From IMG/VR virus record IMGVR_UViG_3300031949_001696: DNA of 64,000 bases, one strand, 5' to 3'. Source of the DNA: a virus. Its lineage: Duplodnaviria > Caudoviricetes. This document shows positions 58,031-64,000 of this stretch, piece after piece. The stretch's first letter is position 1. Each line of letters opens with the position of its first letter. A model generated the notes under the pieces. That model saw only the letters and a list, made by a program, of their open reading frames with translations, ran no database searches and was not told the DNA's origin. The translations under genes and the position numbers were made by a program.

Positions 58031-58649
58031 TCACTCCACCAGGGAGCCAAGATCGTCTACGCGCCGGATCCACTCCACCAAGAAGGCAGGATCCTCTACG
58101 ACCCGCCGCTGGATCCACAAGGATGTCGCGCGCAGCTACAGCGTTCCCGAGGACGTCGTGCGACGCATCTACGCGACCGTGCAGACCGCCAAGCGTCAGG
58201 GTCTCTACGGTGGGTACTATCTCGATCTTCTTGAGCGCAACGTCGGTCGAAAGCTCGTGGGAGCCGAGTACACCGTCAGCACGCTGGCGAAAGAGCACCT
58301 GGGCTACGATCCACCAAGCGGCTACCAGGGTCCGAAGCCGAAGGGCTCTGCGAAGGAACCCCAGCGCCCGAAGTACGACGATCCGAAGGTTCGAGCTGCG
58401 GATCCGATCCGCTCAAGCGCAGAGAGGATCATCAAAGCCGTCCTCGATCGGAGGAGAGACCCGCGCTTCGGTTGGGACGAGTCGAATGATTCGCAGGATC
58501 GAGAGCTCCTCCAGCGGGCGGCGGACGAGCTGGACGTGGCCGCGGACCTCACCGAGGAAGCTGGAGCGCGTGTGTGGGCCGGGACGCTTCGCGAGCGCGC
58601 CAAGCAGGCCCGGCGAGGCGACTACAGGCTCCTGGACGCTTACAACTGA
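58029..58649 (+). pseudogene. C-terminal part of a tag-bearing protein whose start lies in the inverted segment
   Basis: SHSTREPR...IHSTKKAG...VVRRIYATVQ frame. Confidence 0.6.
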
Positions 58650-58830
58650 AGCTGCCTTCGCGACGACGCCTCGCGATCTGGGCAGCCGGGCGGCGATCTT
58701 CTTGCGCGACATGGCCTCAAGAAGACCGCGATGACGCTGCATCGCGCCGACGCGCACGTGCCTCTCGATCGTCCCGGCGCGCAGTAAGTCATTCGTGACC
58801 CGGTCGCGTGTTGCGGTTAGGATGCGACCG

Positions 58831-59064
58831 ATGGCCAAGACGAAGAAGGACACCCGCGAACTTGAACAGCAAGCTGCTCAGTACGGCAAAGCATTTCATG
58901 TCCTCATCGAATGGCCGGATGGCCGTTAGCAGCCGTGGCTTATTTTGATCCACGCCAAGGATGCGATCGAGGCCAGGCGCGTCGTCGGGAATTCGAGCGA
59001 CATCCGAGAAGCCGGCGGCAAGGTTGTGAAGGTGGACCTCGCGTCGAACGGTGATGTCGCGTAA
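58831..59064 (+). pseudogene. Hypothetical gene with in-frame TAG at 58927
   Basis: TAGGAT-7nt-ATG; frame stays open after the TAG. Confidence 0.45.
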
Positions 59065-59312
59065 CGTCGCGTGACCAAGAAGTTGCAGCCGCCGCGCCTA
59101 CGATTCGGTTGCGGGTGCGCCGCGCGCAGCAGTGCTCAAAGACGGCCTGGTGGGTGACGCACCAGATCACGCTGTCGCTGCTCGCGCTCCATGCCTCCTC
59201 GACGCACGCAGCGACTCTTTGGCGTGCTCGATTGCGCCACGATGTCCGAGACTGGAAGTGAGTCGCGGCACTTTTCTTGTGTCACTCCGGGGGGAGGGCC
59301 TAGCATCGTCAT

Positions 59313-59807
59313 ATGGCCGACATCAGCAAACGGACTCTAGACTGCGACGACGACGAGCGCGGCAAACGTGGCAAGCGGGGCCGCCAAGGACCTCCGGGCC
59401 CGGCGTCCGGTGGGCTGCTCAAATTCAGCGGTCCCGCGGCGGTCGAGCCTGAGTCCCAGGTGGTAAGCTTCCTGGCAGACTCCGGAGCCGAAGGCGCCTC
59501 GGCCCAAGACGATCCTCTGGGCTATCCCGTGGCCGTCGCGCACAACCTGCGCAACATGGCGGTGAACATTGGGGCGTTCGTCGTGCCTCTTATCGTCGGC
59601 TCGATTATCATCGAGCTGATCAAGAATGGTGGACCGTTGGCGGTGCCCGGCTTCACGATCACTTACGGCCCCGGCGGGACCGGCATCATGTCGGTCCTGG
59701 CCGGCCCCGAGCTGTTCGCGATCGAGGACACGTTCGACCTTCGGGTCACCACCTTCAATGTGGGGTCGGTGGAGGTGGAAATGTCGGCGACGGTCGGGGT
59801 GGAATAA
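59313..59807 (+). CDS. Short collagen-like (Gxy) segment plus beta-rich C-terminal domain
   Basis: GKRGKRGRQGPPGPA then GGLLKFSG... Confidence 0.6.
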   Translation: MADISKRTLDCDDDERGKRGKRGRQGPPGPASGGLLKFSGPAAVEPESQVVSFLADSGAEGASAQDDPLGYPVAVAHNLRNMAVNIGAFVVPLIVGSIIIELIKNGGPLAVPGFTITYGPGGTGIMSVLAGPELFAIEDTFDLRVTTFNVGSVEVEMSATVGVE

Positions 59808-60119
59808 GCGTCTCGGAGTAAAATCGTCACGGGTGACTGACGACGCGCCGTTTCGCCAGCGGAGGCCCACGGTGCAGATCAGCCGTGCAGCGACTCCGGG
59901 TCTCGACGACAATCTAGGTTCACCGATGTTCCCGCTCACTCCACGATCTCTGCTGGTCCAAGGTCTCGTGGAGTAGCTCGGGGATCGAGACAGAACCCAC
60001 GCGGAACTCCCATTTTGTCCCGCCAAGCGGTACAAGCGCGCCTACGATGGCCACATCATCGATCTCGTGGACTACGACAATGGGACGGTCAGGCTAGTAA
60101 CAACAAAAACGAGCTGGTG

Positions 60120-60509
60120 ATGCGTACCAAAACCACCGCCCAGCTCGACGCCGACATCGCCGAGTCCCTCCGCACCCGGAAGAAATTCCGCCGCGACAAA
60201 TCCACGCGGAAGAAACTTCCCGATGCCGCACGTGCCGCGATCGAGGATCGCGTCCTCACGATCATCGAGGGCACGTACAAGCGCTACGAAGAGTTCGGCA
60301 AATCCATCGGCCACAAGGAGCCGTGCCTCTCCGTCGGTCTCATCACCGACGATCTGCGCCAGCAGTCGGGCTTGCCCGAAGACTTCCGCTGGGCGACCAA
60401 GACGCGGCAGCGCACGTGGACGCGGACGATCCTCGAGTCGATGCGGCGTCGGGGATTGATCGGAGCGTCATTCGGCGTAGGGTCCCGCTGCTACGAGCCC
60501 AAACCATGA
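60120..60509 (+). CDS. Winged-HTH-like protein with KTTAQLDADI tag
   Basis: MRTKTTAQLDADIAESL; LESMRRRGLI. Confidence 0.6.
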   Translation: MRTKTTAQLDADIAESLRTRKKFRRDKSTRKKLPDAARAAIEDRVLTIIEGTYKRYEEFGKSIGHKEPCLSVGLITDDLRQQSGLPEDFRWATKTRQRTWTRTILESMRRRGLIGASFGVGSRCYEPKP

Positions 60510-60615
60510 GCAAGCACCCAAAGCCCATGCCCACGAGAGAGCTTCGCCGTCAGCGCTTTGTCGTCGGAGAAACGGAACCACGTAGCCGTTCGGACGCGCG
60601 ACGTTCACCTTCAAT

Positions 60616-61545
60616 TCAATATCCGTAGATCCGCGCGAGACGCGCGAACTCATCCCGTACGAGACACGACGGCAGGCACTCCCACGTCAGGGGAACGTAT
60701 GTCGAAGGACGCGGATGATGGTTGGTGCGAGCGTTCGTTGCCGCCAGGGCAGCTCGGATGCGTTCGAGGTCAACATCAATCTTGGCAGCCTCGCAAAGTG
60801 TCTTGAGGATCGTCGCGCCGCGAACCTCGCGCAGATCTTCCACGCGGTAACGACTATCCGTCCGACGCGCGCAACGACGGTTCATCTCCACCCACAGCCA
60901 CATCGCGGCCTGAATGGGCGCGCGATCCCACTTCGCACAGAATCCCGGAAACGCCTTCTCGAGGAGGCCCCACGCGGGTCCCTCACCCGCACACAGCCAT
61001 GAGTTGATCCAGGCGATGGGATCGCGCGTCTGGTGTGCGACCACGATGTCCGAAGGAACTGTGGCGAGTGCAAGGACTGCCTCCCAGGCGACTTCTGCCA
61101 CGTTGCTGCTCTCAACCACACAACCATGGAGCGTGTAGATCGCCTCATGCCCACAGGAGATCCCAGCAGTTTGCAGTGCCTTGGCTGTAAACATGGTCCC
61201 AGAATGGCGCCGGTCTGTTCCGCGATAGAAAGTGGTTTCGCCTTTGAGGGGTCCGCTGCCCCATACATGATATTGGGCAGCTGACTTTTTCGTGGCGTGA
61301 TGCCGTTTCGGCGCCTGACTGGGTAAAGGTGGCAAGCCGATCCGTTCGAGCTTGATCGCCTTGAACGTTTCCTCGGCGTTTCGACCCAATGCCGCGACCG
61401 CGTCACGGTGCCACTCCGGCGGGTTATAGCGAAAGGTCTTGGCGCTCCGACCGCGCTTGACCCAGTCTCGTTTTTGAGAGGCGGTCTCCTTCGAGGCTTC
61501 CCGCTCCAGCCATCGCTGGCCCGCTGACCACCAGTCGCTGCTCAT
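60616..61545 (-). CDS. Probable chimera: HATKK-tag protein N-terminus fused to a sulfotransferase-like domain
   Basis: RHHATKKSAAQ; HSGTMF...CGHE, RDPIAWINSW, YRVEDL, ARIYGY. Confidence 0.55.
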   Translation of the reverse strand: MSSDWWSAGQRWLEREASKETASQKRDWVKRGRSAKTFRYNPPEWHRDAVAALGRNAEETFKAIKLERIGLPPLPSQAPKRHHATKKSAAQYHVWGSGPLKGETTFYRGTDRRHSGTMFTAKALQTAGISCGHEAIYTLHGCVVESSNVAEVAWEAVLALATVPSDIVVAHQTRDPIAWINSWLCAGEGPAWGLLEKAFPGFCAKWDRAPIQAAMWLWVEMNRRCARRTDSRYRVEDLREVRGATILKTLCEAAKIDVDLERIRAALAATNARTNHHPRPSTYVPLTWECLPSCLVRDEFARLARIYGY

Positions 61546-61652
61546 GGCTGAAGTCTATCGTCTGGAGGGACAGAATTGAAGTTTCCGGCCTGTTTCACGC
61601 GCCTGGGCATCAGCAAGATGATCCCACCGAGCCCACTGACGGTCCAAACAGA

Positions 61653-62009
61653 TCAACGCTCGTACAACGGGAGCCCGGACGGAGGCGCGAAGATCAGATT
61701 GCCGACCCCACCACCAGCCATCCCCCCGAGGATGAACCCCCAGACGCGATGGGATTTCCACAGCACGGCTCCCGCGACGGATCCGATCGCCGACAGTCCG
61801 AGCGAACGCTGGAATGCTTGGTGCTGAGCTTCGGTCCAGGGACGCTTCGACTGCCACGACGAGTAGCCGCGGCGAGGCGCGTACCGTCCGCGATCGGGCG
61901 TAGGTGGTGCGGGCGCGGGCGGAGCGAGTGGCACCGGAGACTCCGTCTTCGGAGGTAGCTTATCGGCCCCGTTGCTGCCAATGAAGGATCGATATTCACC
62001 ACGCGCCAT
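61653..62009 (-). CDS. Membrane protein (two hydrophobic segments)
   Basis: MARGEYRSFIG start; TAAGAT-6nt-ATG. Confidence 0.6.
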   Translation of the reverse strand: MARGEYRSFIGSNGADKLPPKTESPVPLAPPAPAPPTPDRGRYAPRRGYSSWQSKRPWTEAQHQAFQRSLGLSAIGSVAGAVLWKSHRVWGFILGGMAGGGVGNLIFAPPSGLPLYER

Positions 62010-62021
62010 GCGGAGATCTTA

Positions 62022-62318
62022 TCACGGGTCTTGGAGGTATTGCTTGAGCGACTCGGGCAGGAGTGCTCGACGGAGCTTGGCGAACGCGGCCTCGATCGCG
62101 GTCGCTTCGGTCGGGCCTGTGCCTTGGTAGAAGCCTGTCGCGTGGTGCACGACTGCTTCGAGTATTCCTTCGAAGGCTTCTCGGCGCGTCGACGCTTCGA
62201 CGGCTTCGCTGAGTGACGGGTAGACGCGGATCGCGATGACTTCGAGGAGTAGGCGCTGCTCGCGCAGCTCGCCGAGCGTGGTCTCTTCGGTGATGTTTTT
62301 GGGATCGGGCACGCTCAA
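62022..62318 (-). CDS. Hypothetical protein
   Basis: GGAG RBS. Confidence 0.55.
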   Translation of the reverse strand: MSVPDPKNITEETTLGELREQRLLLEVIAIRVYPSLSEAVEASTRREAFEGILEAVVHHATGFYQGTGPTEATAIEAAFAKLRRALLPESLKQYLQDP

Positions 62319-62524
62319 CGCTCTCCCACCGCCGCGTAGTAGGCAACTTTTCCTGCCTCGGCGGCACGGTACGAAGCGCCTTTCCCTCGATACGCCGCGC
62401 TCGTCAGCGCGAGGCCATGCTCGACAAGCTTAGGAAGTACGCGGCGCAGTGATGCAAAAGACGCTGCTGCGATTCGGAAACAGGATCATGAGTTCGAGTA
62501 CGTCGCGCTGGTTCGCGGTTAGCT

Positions 62525-63019
62525 TCATACGACCTCGTAGATCCGATAACCGTTCCCGTGTTCGTCGACTCCGACGGTTTCTCGGAGCAAACCCATCTGG
62601 GCAAGTCGCGTGACCGTCTTCGAGTGCAGTCCTCGGACGGGCAAATTGATGACCCGCTTGTCGCCGATCATCGGATAGAACTGGAACTTGTACCGGTAGA
62701 CGCGTCTGTGCGAGCGAAGGATCTCCAGGTTGCGCTTCTGTGCCGCGGTCAACTTGGGAACCGCTTCCGTTTCGCGCGAGACGCTCGCGCACGGGGTCGA
62801 CCGTTTGTGCTCGACTTCCCACACCTCGACCTCGTCGTCGCTGTCATCTCCCTGAACGGCGAGCTGCCAGTCGAGCGGAAACAGCGCCTTCGTCTCGCGG
62901 ATCGCAGCTCGTGCGGCGCGCGCCGGGCCCATCCCCGCGTTCACGTGCCGTCGAGCGGCTTTCGCGAGCTGACTGCACGCGTGTTCGATCAGGTCTTGGT
63001 CGAGCTGTTGCGTGGCCAT
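62525..63019 (-). CDS. Hypothetical protein with C-terminal winged-HTH-like region
   Basis: KTVTRLAQMGLLRE...YRIY. Confidence 0.5.
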   Translation of the reverse strand: MATQQLDQDLIEHACSQLAKAARRHVNAGMGPARAARAAIRETKALFPLDWQLAVQGDDSDDEVEVWEVEHKRSTPCASVSRETEAVPKLTAAQKRNLEILRSHRRVYRYKFQFYPMIGDKRVINLPVRGLHSKTVTRLAQMGLLRETVGVDEHGNGYRIYEVV

Positions 63020-63020
63020 G

Positions 63021-63464
63021 TTAGTTGTCCGTTGGCGGCTTGTGGTAGTTCAAGATCCTGCCGTTCATGTCGCTCACGATGCGGCGGAAGCAGATGTAAC
63101 AGATCGGGCGTGCAGACCAGTCGGAGGTGTCGTGACAAGCGTCCATCCGTCCCCGTACGTCGGGCGCCGCAGTAGCAGCTTCTACCGCCCGGCGCGCCGC
63201 GGAACTACCGATATCAGCGTCGCCGACGACCAGTGCTGCGACGCCGCGATCGCCGAGCCAGTCGCCGATGCGAGCTGCCGGGTCGCCTGGCGGCGCGAGG
63301 CTCGCCCCGCATGAGCAGATCGCGATCGCGAACCGCGGCTTGTTGGGATCCTGCGTCTGAAACACGCGGCCGCATTCGTTACACATGACGTGAAACTTCC
63401 AACGCCTCGCACCGTGGACCTCACACGAGATCACGCGGACGTTTGCCGAGCTTGTAGAACTCAC
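63021..63464 (-). CDS. Cys-rich hypothetical protein
   Basis: GGAGG RBS; CNECG, CSCG, CYIC. Confidence 0.5.
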   Translation of the reverse strand: MSSTSSANVRVISCEVHGARRWKFHVMCNECGRVFQTQDPNKPRFAIAICSCGASLAPPGDPAARIGDWLGDRGVAALVVGDADIGSSAARRAVEAATAAPDVRGRMDACHDTSDWSARPICYICFRRIVSDMNGRILNYHKPPTDN

Positions 63465-64000
63465 GCGTCCTCCACGAGGATTCGCGCGAGGTCGTCGCGA
63501 TCGATCCGGCTCCACGCCGCCGGATCTTCGCCGGCGGGATCCGAGGTTCTCCAGATCGGCGCGGCTACTTGGATGTACCAGTGATCGTCGTCGTGTCCGA
63601 CCCACAGTGCTGCGGGGAGCGCGCTGCGAAGCTTCTTGCACGCGGCTTCGTACTCGGCCGTATCTGCGGTTGCGCGCGCGACCGCCAGGGCGCCGCGCCC
63701 AGCGCTGGACAGATCGACGTGCTCGGAGATCGCGGCGGCCCGCGCGCGCTGCGCGGTCCGTCCGAGCCGACGTGGTCGCGATCGTGGCTTGGCGATCACG
63801 GACGCGATCTCGCGATCGAGCACCTTTTCTTTCTGCCGCGGCGTGACCTCGACGACTTGGCCACCGACCTCGCGCGCGAACATGTCGGCCGTTGACCGCG
63901 CGTAGATCCACGAGGCGCGCGGGTTGTCGGGGCGCGAGTCGGGTGGGATCCACGCTGTTCCGTCAGGAAGGCGCACCTGCCAGATCTGCTCGGCGCTCAC
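63461..64000 (-). CDS. Hypothetical protein with internal KxKVLDREI tag variant
   Basis: QKEKVLDREIASVI; start at window edge. Confidence 0.5.
   Translation of the reverse strand: MSAEQIWQVRLPDGTAWIPPDSRPDNPRASWIYARSTADMFAREVGGQVVEVTPRQKEKVLDREIASVIAKPRSRPRRLGRTAQRARAAAISEHVDLSSAGRGALAVARATADTAEYEAACKKLRSALPAALWVGHDDDHWYIQVAAPIWRTSDPAGEDPAAWSRIDRDDLARILVEDA

Noticed and set aside
47697-58929. Stop-codon reassignment
   Set aside because: One TGA and one TAG case only; both codons end many normal genes and the phosphoesterase has other lesions.
1-64000. tRNA, rRNA and virion structural genes
   Set aside because: None recognisable by eye; phage identity remains an inference.

Overview
GC-rich, densely packed window of mostly short hypothetical genes with overlapping start/stop codons. 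Transcription diverges from ~21.9 kb: minus strand to the left, plus strand to the right, minus again after ~60.6 kb. No rRNA, tRNA, CRISPR, capsid, terminase or housekeeping genes were recognised. The layout looks like the accessory/early region of a large phage or integrated giant mobile element. A Myxococcota-like host is an inference from the EBP-type Fis HTH, sigma54-like promoters and XRE-CPHCG protein. Recognisable genes: DEDD exonuclease, PKHD-type 2OG-Fe(II) hydroxylase, SF2 DEAH helicase with an N-terminal SAM-binding-like domain, tyrosine recombinase with an adjacent dif-like site, truncated serine recombinase, two DNA methyltransferases, DarG-like macrodomain, ART-like protein, kinase-like and sulfotransferase-like proteins. 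Main observations: (1) a ~24.65 kb reciprocal inversion (4798-29448) splits an ADP-ribosylglycohydrolase and a small repeat-family gene, and one crossover at a shared CTG restores both in frame; (2) a second ~180 bp gene-splitting inversion near 57.9 kb; (3) a portable 'KKxxxQLDREI..AL / H(A/S)TKK' peptide tag on about ten unrelated proteins; (4) two tandem proteins with nine Cys4 zinc-finger repeats each, carrying a hypervariable 4-residue window; (5) a 1000-bp transposase-less cassette whose methyltransferase ORF exactly fills the space between 23-bp inverted repeats, with an 8-bp target duplication. Many frameshifts, nonsense codons and chimeras indicate decay/rearrangement or assembly error.
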